Assembly (NCBI GenBank): GCA_016618085.1
Contig: JABLTG010000041.1
Span: 62,001-116,950, forward strand
Length of the DNA stretch: 54,950 nt
Direction of reading: 5' to 3'
Origin: Neovahlkampfia damariscottae
Lineage: Eukaryota
In this document: piece by piece, positions 12,747 to 24,984 of the stretch
Layout of the letters: every line of letters begins with the position of its first letter
Position numbering within the stretch: the first letter of the stretch is position 1
Made by a program: the position numbers and the translations under genes
The notes under the pieces: model-generated
What the model saw: the letters and a program-made list of their open reading frames with translations, nothing else
Database searches by the model: none
Told to the model about the DNA's origin: nothing

Positions 12747-14824
12747 TTATTCACCTTCATCTTCTACGTCTCTTAAATTTGAATAATATTCAATTTCTTC
12801 ATTGTCTCCGTCCAATTCAATGTGAGATAAATCACCATAACGAACTGGTTTAGTTCTTGTTTTGAGATAATTATAAAGTACCAAACCAACAATGGTCCAA
12901 AATGAAACTGAAATAAAAATGAAAGAGACAGCAATCATAAACAAAGCACCATAAACCCATTTACCACTTACTTGAGTTGTTTTTTCAAATTTACAAGTAA
13001 TTCCAGTATATCCATCATTACATACACATGTATTATTCACACAAGAACCATGTTCACAAACAATTGTTCCTTCTTTACATTCTCTTTTTTTCAATTCACA
13101 ACCAAGTCCATAAAATCCTTCATAGCAATGACAAATATCTTGATAACAAGCACCTTGATTATTACAGTTTTGATGACATCCAAATTCATTATGAAGTGAT
13201 GCATTCATTGCTTTGATTGTATCAACAACTCCATAACCATATCTGTTATCCGGAATGGAACTTTGAGAAGCTGTAGATGTTAGAGCATAATAAATTTGAT
13301 ATGGACTCCAAGTTGGATGAACTGATTTAATCAATGCTACTACACCTGCAACAAGAGGTGTTGCAAAACTTGTTCCTGATCCTGAAGTATATCCAATACC
13401 CGTTTGGACGTTTGGTACTGAGATTAAAAATTAGTTTCAATTTTTTTCTTTACAATGGTTTGAATATCCTAAAGCACATACTTCTGGTTTTATTCTACCA
13501 TCTGCTGTTGGTCCTCTAGATGAAAAATAAGCAATCTAAAAAGAATGTTAAATTTGTGTTGTTTTACACTTCCACCTGCATCTACAGCACCAATTGAAAG
13601 AGAATAAAAAGCATCTGCTGGTGCTCCAATGCCTTGTTCACCTTCATTTCCATTTGCTATGATACAACTCTTCAAAAAATGAGAAAAAAATATATTACCA
13701 TTCCTGGAAAAAAAATTAAAGAAGTTCGATATCAAACCTTTTTGAATTGCGATATTAACTGATCTTGTGATAGGTGGTTTCACACCATCAAGATCTGAAT
13801 GATCATACCAAGCATTGTATCCTAACGAACTTGAAACTACTTGAGCACCTTTCGATTCACCCTTTTTGAAATGATTAATAAACAAAAGTCAAACCCATTC
13901 AATAGCTCTGATAAAATTGTCTTCTTCAATTCTTGATTCAGATTTTATGTCTTCTGTTTTTGCTAAAATAAAAGTGGCATTTGGAACAACTCCAAAAAAA
14001 TTTCCTTCATCTTGACCTGTTAATAATGATAAACAGTAAGTTCCATGAAAATATTGTGGAAATAAATCATCAGGATGATTGTCAACTTCAGTTCTATTGT
14101 GAATAAAATCAAAAGTGTCCTGAATTTTAACTTTGGATAAACAACGATGAGCTGTTTTAAAACCAGAATCTATGACTAAAATTCTTACTCCTTCACCTAC
14201 TATACCTCGATTATGAGCCTAAAAAGTGTTGTTAACATTGTTGTTGAAAAATGATACTTACTTCAACTACTTTAATTTGTTTGAGTGAAGCATAACTACT
14301 TCCATAATTGAATCTATCATTGGCAGAAGGATTTTGTTTCAATTCTAATTCTTGTTTTATTTGTTGTTCCATAATTGGATTTTGTTTAATTTTTTTCCAT
14401 GAACGAACAATGTCTAAATGAGAAACAAAAGGTAATTTTGAAATTAAAAGTGATTCTTCTTTAGTTATATAAATAGAAATAGCGTTTAACCAACGACTTT
14501 CACCAAAATTCTTTTCTTGAGTAATTTTTAAAATTTCATTTTTATAAAATCGAGAAACAGGAACATCATATTCATCTTGTTCACTCTAAAATTAAATTAA
14601 TTTTTATAAAAATATAAAATTACAAGTTTCAAGTTTCTTCTGTTTTCTAATGTCCTTGAATGTAATTCTACAGTTTCTGACATTGTAGGTTTGTCTGTGA
14701 AATAAATCCAAGTTTTGACTCTGTTGTGTAATTCAAACTCATTTTGAAGTTTTTGTTTGAGTTTTAAAGATGTTGATTCATTTAAAAAAAATAAACAACA
14801 AACAATCAACAGAAAAATCTTCAT
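12747..14824 (-). CDS. Subtilisin-family (S8) serine protease with two EGF-like repeats and a C-terminal TM
   Basis: Signal peptide MKIFLLIV. Catalytic motifs VIDSGF (~14165), HGT (~14043), GNEG, SSRGPTADGRIKPEV and GTSFATP (~13370). EGF repeats CxCxxGFYGxxC and a TM helix. Several small introns. Confidence 0.88.
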
Positions 14825-15174
14825 GTTGATGAGCCAATGAGATGGTTTGGAACCGTTGGGTTTTGCAAAAAAGAAATTTTCCATTTTGTAGTTTTTCAGC
14901 CCAAATTATATCTTTCATGTTCTATTCTTGTATTTAATTCCAATCATTTTCTATTTGGAAGCTTGATTGTTTATTTTGGATTTACACCCTCAATTGGGTA
15001 AATACACTCTCCATTTTTAGAGGATTTTTCGATAATTTTGTCATATACTTTGGTCAAATCGAGGAAGGTGGGCAAAAATACCTTCTAAATCTAGCTGATA
15101 ATTCCGCATAAATCGCTTGCACTTAAAGTCATAGCCAATCATAATCATTTTTCAGTTGGCTAACAAACAAAAAA

Positions 15175-15758
15175 ATGCAAACACCTTTAATCATGGAACC
15201 AACTATTTTGCTCGAACCACCATCAACCTTGGCTCTGTTTTCACCTTATTGTAGAAGAAACACACCATCGCACAATCCTCAAAGAGAAACGAAATTACTC
15301 AGTGCTCAGTTTCATCCTTATGCAAAAGCCAATGGAAGAAATGATCTTTTACCTAAACAGTTTAACACACTTAAAGACTCAAAAAACTTGTATATATATC
15401 CACAGAACTCCTCAAACTTCATTTTACCAAAGCAAAATGTATTTATCAGAACCAACTCAAATGTTGAACAAAACACAAAATCATCCAACGAAACAAAATT
15501 CCAAATTGGCCACTGGACTGGTAAGCAAAAACTTTTTTTTTCTAACTTTATTCTTAAAAGATGCCGAACATCAAGCATTTTTAAAAGGACTCAAGGAATT
15601 AGGAAGAGGAAGATGGAGTGAAATTGCAGAACACTATGTTCCAACAAGATCTAGAGTTCAAGTAGCTTCACATGCTCAAAAAGTAAGTCAAACAGTTGCC
15701 AAGACCTAACATTTTATAATAGTATTTTGAAAAAGCGAGACCAAATCAAGATTGCTGA
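15175..15758 (+). CDS. SHAQKYF-class single-repeat MYB transcription factor
   Basis: Introns 15521-15560 and 15683-15722 give WTDAEHQAFLKGLKELGRGRWSEIAEHYVPTRSRVQVASHAQKYFEK. Confidence 0.92.
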
Positions 15759-15933
15759 ACTTTTATTGTATCAATAAACTATACTTTACACTTGAAACAA
15801 TTTTTATTAGTTCCGGAAAATTAAATTTTTTTTCTCCCATTCATTCTTTGGTTAGATTTTGTACCAATGAAATTTACGGAAAAAATCATTAGATGATGAT
15901 GATTGGTCAAAGGACAAATCTGTTTTATGGCTT

Positions 15934-17165
15934 TTAATTTTTTGAAGATTTTATTAAATTCCAACTTAAATTAAAAATGTTTTCCAATAAATCGTGAAGA
16001 TAAATTCCAAAAACAACTAAAAAAGCGTACAAAAAGAAGTCCCATTGACTTCTTGTTAAATTTGCCATCAATGGACCAGGACACAAACCTGCCAATGCCC
16101 ATCCAGTACCGAAAAGGAATGCTCCTAAAACTAATTGTATAGTAATTTTCTTTGATTTAGGAAGGCAAAATTCATGAGCAAGTATTGGTTTTACTTTTCT
16201 CAAAACAAATAATTGATATGCAATTGTCGAAGGAATTAATGTGAAAATAATGATACAAAACAACGAAGGATCCCAATATGGACCAATATCAAAAAATCCT
16301 AACACTTTTTGTGGTTCTGTGATTATTTAAATGAGAAATCTACTTACTTGTCATTCCTGCAAAACCTAAACCAATGCTAAATACAAAAGCATTGAAAAAT
16401 CCAATCAGATGTAAAATTGACGTATTTTCAGGTCCTTTATGGATTTCACCAGTTTCAGTTATATTTGTATAGTCTTGATCATGTTTTTCACTCTTGGAAA
16501 TTATGAATGTTGAAATGTAGATTAAAACATACAAAAGAGAAACAACACCAAAAACAGCAAGCATTATCATTGCATGTCTTGCTGTAGGAATTGATAATGA
16601 AATTAAATCTAATGGAACATTATAAGCTCTTGTGATAAATTCTGGTGTGTTTAGTATTTTGACCCACGCAAAACAAGTTCCACAAAAAACAACAACTTAA
16701 AGGTTGACATTATTTTTTTTAATTCAATTACCTGCTACAAAACTTCTAAGAGAAATTCTTGCAAGTCCACACAACCTAAAAGAAATTAATTGTTTTTTTT
16801 CAATACATGTGACCAGAAGTGCATCCTGAACCCAGCTGTGTACCAAATCCAACAAGTATACCAGCTAAAATGAAATACACCCATTCAAATGTTTTAACGT
16901 TTTTCAAAACGATAGCGTTAGGATTAAATGCTTGACTTGCAAGTTCAGGTATTAAATTTAAGAACCAACCTCCAGTCAAGAGTCCAAAGACATATGTAAA
17001 TTTAAATTCCCAATCTTTTGAAGGGCCTGAAAATATTCTGAATCTTACTACTGTAGCAAGAGCACCACTCATACCACTAATTTTTCCGTTAATGAGAAGA
17101 TGTGTGATAATTGAATAAGCAATGAAAATACCTCCTATGGATGACTCTACTAATGTAAATGCCAT
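15934..17165 (-). CDS. YeeE/YedE (TsuA-like thiosulfate/sulfur transporter) family, two-domain membrane protein
   Basis: NGKISGMSG, GFGTQLGSGCTSGHMLCGLAR, GMT.PQKVLGFFD, WDPSL and FGTGWALAGLCPGP after splicing. Confidence 0.88.
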
Positions 17166-17292
17166 GTCAAAAAAATGAAAAATCGGTTGATTGGAGCGGC
17201 TTCATTGAATTTAAATTTGGACAGTAACCCATCCGATTGGATAATTTTTCGGAAAATAAAAACCTTCCAATTTAGAAAAAATACAAAAAATT

Positions 17293-19347
17293 TTAATCTT
17301 GATGTTCATGAACAACATTACGTGATACATTTCCTAAAAGAATTCTTAACCAAACAAAAAATATAAATGAAAGAATGATCATGAGAAAAATGAAATTTTC
17401 AAAATGACCAAACAACTCCAAAGCATCATTTCCGTACATTGTTTTTAATTGTTCAAATCCTTCAAAGTTTAATAATTTCCAAGCCCATTTAATATACAAT
17501 CTTGATAATGCAATAAAAACTGGTGGATATGCTTTCTTATTTGTTTCTTTTGCTAAATCATAATATCTCTTTGCCAAATGAAAATCTTGTTTTAAACCTA
17601 TTCCTAATTCATGCATATATCCTAAATTAAACACTGCTTGTGCATTTCTCATATCACTTGCTTTTCTATAATTCATTAAACTCTTTTCAATATCAACTTT
17701 TGTTCCAATTCCGTAGTAATAAAAATCACCAAGTTTAACAAGTGAAGCAACATGATTTTGATCTGCTGCCATTTGATGAAATGTTAAAGATGATTTAAAT
17801 TCTTCTATATCAATATCATCTTCATCAATTAATGCTTTATCAATAATATGTGCTGAATTAATTTGAGCAATATCAAAACCTAGTTCTGATGCTTCTGAAT
17901 ATTTGAGTAAAGATTCTAAAAAATCTCCACTTAAATATAAATCATATGCTTCATCCATTATTTTTGTATGAGGTCCTTTATCAACAATTGTTTTGAAAAA
18001 TTTGACAGCCAATTCACAATCTTTTGTTGCACCCAATCCTTTTAAATGCATGACTCCTAAGTAATAATTTGCCAAAGTTTGATGTTGAGCAGCAGCAGCT
18101 GTCATTAAATTATAAGCATTTTTATAATTTAAAGTTACTCCTTTTCCTGTCATATAAAATAAACCTAAATTATATTGACCTTCTGGATTTCCTTTATTTG
18201 AACTCATTTCAAAATATTTTGCTGCTTTTGTTAAATCTTTTTCAACACCAAATCCATTTGCGTAAATGAAACCTAATCCATTGTAGGATGATAAATCACC
18301 TTTTTCACTTCCTTTTTCAAAGTATTTCATTGCTGTTTCATTATCTTGTTTTACACCAATTCCTTTTAAATACATATTACCTAAAGGACCATAAGCTTCG
18401 TTTTCACCTGCTTCTGCTGCACTTTCAAAATGTGTTCTTGCAGCTTCAGAGTTTTGTTCAAATCCTCTAATACCGTACATATTTGCATACCCTAAAATCA
18501 AATGAGATGATGAAACTCCTTTGTTTGCACTTTTATAATATAAATTTTTTTTTTTTTTTTTAGTTACCTGTATTGATAATAATCCATAATATCTGCTTGA
18601 CTTTGTTTAAATGAAATAGCATTTTCATCATCTAATTTGACTTTTTCAGTGAATGGAGCTCCTCCTTTTTCATAATATTTTTTTGCAAAAGCAGCAGCAT
18701 TTGAATAGTATTTTGAGGCTTTTTGACAATCTTTAACTACGCCATATCCTTTATAAAATTTATATCCAAGTAAAATTTGACTTCTAATATCTTCAATATA
18801 AGCACTAGAAACAAAGTTCAAAAGAGCAAGAGATTTATGGTCATATTTTGATAAATCAAATTTTTCCTCTCCTTCTTCAGAATAAACTGAATCTATTACT
18901 TCTTGTTTCATTAATTTATAATGATACAAAAATCCAACTTCATATTGGGCTTTCGCATTTCCTCTTAACGAACTTTTGAGTAACCATTTTTGACTTGAAG
19001 ATGAACTCAGATGATCTCCATTCTATTTTAAATCATTTTTTAATTTTTTAAGTTTTTACTCTAAAATATAGACCAAGTTGATACATGGCTTCACTGCTTT
19101 GATGGTCTTTTATTAAATCTTCAAATATTTGAACCCCTTTTTTCTGAGTTTGTTTCTCATCTGAATCTATTAACTCTAGAGCTTCTTTCAACCTATTTTG
19201 AATTTCTAATTCTTTTAAAAGTTCTATTTTCAATCTATTCGTTTCAATTATACTTTTTTCTTGTTTTAAATTTTGTTTTATGTCTTCTTGAATCTGTTTT
19301 GTCAGACAAACAAATAGACAGAAGATTAAAATCCAAAGAATTTTCAT
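17293..19347 (-). CDS. SEL1L: SEL1L/Hrd3 ERAD component (Sel1-like repeats)
   Basis: Signal peptide, many Sel1 repeats, KLGDFYYYG, AVFNLGYMHELGIGLKQDFHLAKRYYD and a C-terminal TM. Confidence 0.88.
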
Positions 19348-19407
19348 TTTCCGGAGTTTACTGTTCTTGAAAAAACGTGTTGTAAAATAATTGGTGGAAT
19401 AGAGAAG

Positions 19408-20331
19408 ATGTTTTTAAAGCAATTCACAAGAAGAAAATTGAAGAAATTTTATTCAAAAAATTCATTAGAACAAGTTTGTTTTTCTTTGATAGAAGCAAAT
19501 CGTCAATGTCAACTTTCTTCATCAATGGCAAATGTTCAAAAAGAAAGTGATGCACAGATGCATACTTCTTTAGTTCCTTATAGAATCATAGATAAAGATA
19601 TAGCTCAAATGTATGACGTTAAACCATCAAATTCTTTTTTAGATTATGAATTATTATTCTGTTCAATGAAAACATCACCTCATTTTGATAATTTAATTGA
19701 AAGAGAAGGAATTCCAAATATTGTCAGTTTTTCATTTGGTCAGAATCAATTTGTTGAAGAATTTTCAAAAATAAATCTATATTCACCAAGATGTTTATGT
19801 AAGAAGAATTTTTTGTTTTAAAAAAAAACAAAAAAAGTAACTGCTTCTGCAATACCAGTTGATTCTAAAACAAAGGATAATTTATGGGAAGCTGAATTTT
19901 CAAATCATCCAAATATGAAAAGAAATAAAGATGAAATTTCCATCTATCAAATGAATACAGTTGTTACTCCTCATTATGTTGATTATGGTGGAAACTTAAA
20001 TTATTTAAATTCAACAATATTTAAAAAGAGCAAAAAATCCGAAATTTCAAAAAAAATGTATGAAATTATTAAGAGATTCAATAAGAACATTAAAGAAATG
20101 GATGAATTAATTTTGAAAGGATATAACATTGATTGTGAAGAGAAATTCATATTTCACGTTGACAATTTTGGTATGAATGTTTTAGGAAAACTCAATTCTG
20201 ATAAGAATTTACCTGTGGATACAAAAGCAACAGAATGGTCTGAATTTTATTTAGATTTTGGTGAAGAAATGAAAAATGAACAACAACTAACTAATTTTCT
20301 TCTGAAGTTTCATGAAACTACAAAAAAATAA
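19408..20331 (+). CDS. Probably mitochondrial PNPOx-like split-barrel/HugZ-type protein
   Basis: Transit-peptide-like N-terminus. SPHFDNL, SPRCL and C-terminal IFHVDNFGMNV...FYLDF resemble HugZ/DUF2470. One intron at about 19799-19837. Confidence 0.5.
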
Positions 20332-20385
20332 AACAAAATGAATCTCAATAAAAAAAGATTTTAATTTGTTGCAAGGAAAATTGTT

Positions 20386-20901
20386 TTAAAATTTTAATTT
20401 TGTGAAGAACCATTTGTTTTTTCCAGCGAGGTATTTTTCTTCCATAACTCTTTTAACTTTTTTTGTGCTAGCTGATTTTTTTGATGGTTCTTTTAAAGTT
20501 TTTGCGTTAAGTTTGAGATCTGTAAGAGCCAAGTCAACAGTGTATCTAGTTTGGTTTTTTTTTTATTTTTTTTTTTTTTTTACCTTGTTGGCATGATGTG
20601 TGTGTGGTTGACGAGTTTGACAAATGGTTTTATTCTTGATTTCATAGCAAGTTTTTTTTTGCTATTTGATTTAAGAGCTTTTCTTGGGTATCTGTCAATT
20701 CCAGCAACAACACAATGTCCGTAATGTCTATCTTTTTTTGAACCATCGTCAAAGTTGGAAACAATAACTGCTTTACGTCCAGCGTATCTTCCTTGAAGCA
20801 TGATTACAGCTTTTCCTGATTTAAGACTAATTTATGAGTTATTATTTTTGGTGTTACAATTTTTGTGGTTGGTTAGTTTCACTTTTAGTTTTTGGTGCCA
20901 T
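20386..20901 (-). CDS. RPL27: 60S ribosomal protein L27 (eL27)
   Basis: [24 protein letters not shown]...HIMPTRY...[12 protein letters not shown]; two introns. Confidence 0.96.
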
Positions 20902-21090
20902 TGAGTATCTATTGGAATTAAATGTTAAAAATTGTTGAGACACAAACACGTACTTTGTTTTGGAAAAAAAGTCGACAGATTATTGGTCAAAAAAAAATCT
21001 CTTAAAAAGAACCAATTATTAAAATTCCGAATATTGACCAATCATTTCATTATAATTCACAATAATTTTTGAACAAGTTTTTTCAAGCCA

Positions 21091-21531
21091 ATGAACCATT
21101 TATCCAGGAAAAATTCAATTACAAGTGGTAACCCAAAAGCAGTCAAACAATTTTTGAAAAAAAATCCATCCACACAAGAATTAATCAAAGACTCCATTAG
21201 ACATATGAAATTTATTGGAAAATCAGAACATACACAAGTAACAAAAATAATTAAATTCTAAAAAAAAAAGGTTACAATTTTTGGAAATGGAAGAGTTGAA
21301 CACATTAATATTTCTGAAGAATTAAAAGATTTTAAAGAAATTGAAAATTCATTTAAAGAAGCGATGAATGATGCAAAAAAACAAATGAAATCAAATGAAT
21401 TGAGAGAAAAATTAAAAATTGAAGCAGAAAAAAAAATCATTGAAAATTATAAAAAGAACGGAGAAGAAGAACTCCTTCAAAATTTTGAAAAAGCGAAAAA
21501 AATGGAAGAAGCAATAACCCTTCAACTGTAA
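21091..21531 (+). CDS. YbaB/EbfC-like small protein; one intron at 21238-21270
   Basis: Missed by the ORF track. The spliced product contains FIGKSEHTQVTIFGNGRVEHINISEELKDFKEIENSFKEAMNDAKKQM, which resembles the YbaB/EbfC pattern (G.S...V.V..NG...V..I.I....LE..I..A.NDA). Confidence 0.55.
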
Positions 21532-21645
21532 AAAAAAAAATCTGAACATTTTCTTGAATATAATTTTAATTTTCTATTTGCGGAGCTTGATAAATCTATT
21601 CGTCAATTTTCCACCAATTATTATCATTTTACTGTTGAAAAGAAG

Positions 21646-22371
21646 ATGAAGTCATCACTTTTTCTTCTCTTTTTAGTCATTTGTTTATTCGTTGGGACAG
21701 AATCTAAAACTCTTTTCGTTCAAAGATTTGCTAAATGTGCGCTTATGAAATGTAAGAATGTACCTCCAACTTCAAGACTTAATTGTCAACAAGAATGTTT
21801 CAAAACTGTGAAACTTAGTACATGTCTCAAAAAATGTCACACTTCAAAAACAAAAAAACAAAGAATTCAATGTAGAAAAACATGCTTCAATACCAAAGCT
21901 ACAACAAAACAAGCTACTAAATTTATCAACTATATTCTTAACAGAAGCAAATTCTTAATGAAAAAACATAAAAAATTCGTCAAATCTTTGAAACAAAAGA
22001 AAAAAATTTTGAAAGCAAAAAAAAAAATTTGTTGGACAAAATGCTCAAAAAGTCATCAAAAATGTTTTGGTTCAAGAGTTCAATGTGCAAAGAAATTCTA
22101 TGTTTGTTCAAAAAAATGTCATTCTCTTGGTAAATTACATTTAATTTTTCTTCCATTTTCAAAATACAAAAATATGATTAAAAAAAGAATGAAATTCTTA
22201 AAGCTTCATCCAAAATACAAAAAGAAATTATTAAAAACATTAAAAACCATGAAAAGAAAAATGTTTGTCAAAAAATGTTTCATGAGAAATGGACAACGTA
22301 AATGTTGTGTTTTCATCAAAACATTCATTGGTGGAAAATTAGTAAACACAAAAGCAAGATGTTCACATTAA
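21646..22371 (+). CDS. Secreted Cys-rich, highly Lys-rich hypothetical protein
   Basis: Signal peptide MKSSLFLLFLVICLFVGTES, repeated CxxxC pairs, almost no acidic residues; intronless. Confidence 0.7.
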   Translation: MKSSLFLLFLVICLFVGTESKTLFVQRFAKCALMKCKNVPPTSRLNCQQECFKTVKLSTCLKKCHTSKTKKQRIQCRKTCFNTKATTKQATKFINYILNRSKFLMKKHKKFVKSLKQKKKILKAKKKICWTKCSKSHQKCFGSRVQCAKKFYVCSKKCHSLGKLHLIFLPFSKYKNMIKKRMKFLKLHPKYKKKLLKTLKTMKRKMFVKKCFMRNGQRKCCVFIKTFIGGKLVNTKARCSH

Positions 22372-22402
22372 ATAAAAAAAAAAAATTAATTTTTTTCAAA
22401 AC

Positions 22403-24806
22403 CTAAAGAGATTTTGAATTTATTTTTTTGATTCCAAAATGAAAGCTTGAACATTTCCAATTCCTTTGACATCAATTTCACCTCTTTCTTGTACATTAAA
22501 ATAATCTTTTACATCTTGAAAAGTACCTTCTGATATTTGCACTTTCATAGCAACTCCACTTGATTCCATACGACTCGCTTTTTTAATAAAATTAATATTT
22601 CAAAAAAAATAGTCAAACCCAAGTTTACGATTTCTCCCCAAAGGTCATATTGAAGTTTAGTATTTCCAATGATACCTGCAACAATTGGACCTCCTGTTGC
22701 AATACCAATACGTATTTGTAAAGGTAATCTTTTTTTAATTTCATCATGATGATTTGTTTCTTTATTGAATTTTTCAACAACTTCAACCATTGAAAGACCA
22801 AATAAACAGGCATTATAAGCATGATTTTCATTATCATTTGTATTTGAAACACCACCTGCTGCCATATAACCATCTCCAATTGTCTTAATTTTTTCAATAT
22901 TAAACTTCTTTGCATTATCATCAAATCTTGTGAAGATTGTATTTAAAAATTCGACTAAAATAAAAGGAGGTAATCCTTTTGAGAAATTTGTAAATTGAAC
23001 AAAATCTGAAAAAATGATTGAAACTTTTTCACATTCATTTGCAATATTAGTCGAAGAACTTTGTTGAATTTGTTTTACCATAAAATCAGGTAATGTTTGA
23101 GAAAGTAAATCTTCTTTGAATCTTAAATCTAATTTTGCAAAACATTCTTGTAATAAACTTAACCATGAAGTTGATAGAACATCTTGTAGTACATTTCCAT
23201 CAATTTCTGAATATTTACCATTTGATAAACTAACAAGAGCAACTGTTGAATTGTTTACAACAATCGGGACTAGAAGACAATTGTGTAATGGATAATGTTT
23301 TGGAGGCAATTTAATAGCAGATCCATTTTCAATTAACAATGGTGTTTTTTCTTTGACCACTTGAAGCATATGTTTAGTTTTTTTTAAATCAGGTAAATTA
23401 AGACCAGCCATTGCTTTTTTAGCTGTCATTGCAGCAGCTGAGAATACAAATGTCATAAATTGAAATTCATCTTCTTTGATTTCAACATCAAATCCACTAC
23501 TTTCATCTGATTCTTCCATAATCAAGAAATTCTTATTCATTGGAGCACATGTTGGAGCTATGAATACCATTCCTCCGTAAGTCATTTCTAAGAAATTTGC
23601 CATATCTCTTAATTTATAAGCTAATAATTTTCTTCTTGTTAAATTTTTTTGATTTATTGCTTCATCATCTTCTTTGAGTATATTTGAAAGACTTATGGTC
23701 AATTTTTTTCCAAATTCTAATCTTTTTTCAATCATTCTGAGTCTATTGATATTTTCATTTGTTTTATTTGCTTTTTCAACTGAATTGATTGCAACATTTT
23801 GCCATAAATCAGGTAAAACATCAAAAACAACTTCTCCATCAAGTTCAGTAAAAGTACCACCTGTCAAACCAACTAAAAAAAAAAAACCTTCAAAATAACA
23901 TTTTTTTCTTACCTAAAGCAACAGTTGTTTTATTTATAACAACTGGTAAAATCATTGTATTTTGTAATGGCATGTGATTTTTTGGTAATTTCAAATTTTC
24001 GTTTTGTAAAATTTTAAATTTTCTTGAAATGATAATTTGATTGAATTGAAGACATTTTGAAAGATTTGGAAAAGAAGAAATACCATTTGCTTTCATTTTT
24101 TCTTCTTCTTCTTTTGCTGAACTTGATGTTATAAAATATAAAAATTCTTCAGTTGATTCTTGTTCTTTATTCTCAGCTCCTATAATTTGATTCTGTGGTA
24201 TATTCAAAGGAGCACAAAAACCTTTTAAAATTTTACTTTTTTTGTTTTTTTAATTTTACCATATCCACCGTAAATCATAATTAAACCATCAAGTATTTGT
24301 TGTAATTTTTGATGTACAATTTGAGTTATATTCAAATGTAAACTTGTATATTGAGCTACTGACTCACAAATTTCCATCAACTCTTGTCCTTTTTTACGTT
24401 TTAAATTTTGAATTTCGAATAATGCTCGTAACTCTTCAATTTTGTTTTGCGATTCAACTAAAAGACCATAAAAATCTTGAGATGTAAAAACAGGTATGGA
24501 AGGATCGATGTCACTCAAGTTTTTTTCTTCCACTTGTTTTTCGACTTGTACTTCTTTTTCTGTTTTTGTGGTGAAGTTTTTTAAGATTCTGATGACTCTT
24601 TTTTGATATGTTTGAAATTGTTGTGATTCTGGATTTTCACTGATTAAGTTTTCAACTAAAGTTGAGACAAGAGTGATTTCTTCTTTCATTTCATTTTGAT
24701 TGTCCATGGCTTGATCAAGGAAAGTGTCAAGTAGTGCATGAACTTGTGGATACTTCTCTTCAAATAAATCCAAGCATAGTTCTAAATCCTTGAGTTTTTG
24801 AAACAT
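22403..24806 (-). CDS. Soluble class III adenylate cyclase with tandem GAF-like domains
   Basis: SIIFSDFVQFT, EKIKTIGDGYMA and YDLWGEIVNLASRMES after an intron, carrying the K/D residues that specify ATP. Two LPxxHxPLxNxxxxPxV GAF-like motifs; no TM. Confidence 0.85.
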
Positions 24807-24984
24807 AACAAGAAGTGATGTGTGGGTGAAATTGACCAATGATGAACAAAAGAATTTTAATGACCTTTTTTTGGTAGTTTTTTTTCGGTTTTATTTTATC
24901 AAAATATCGAGAAATTTTTTTTATCGATGATTTTTATAATTACGGGGGTTTCATTGGTCAAAAATTCAACACAAATCAACTGTC

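Noticed and set aside
15890..15930. ATGATGA as the C box of a C/D snoRNA
   Set aside because: No matching CTGA D box or terminal stem at a suitable distance.
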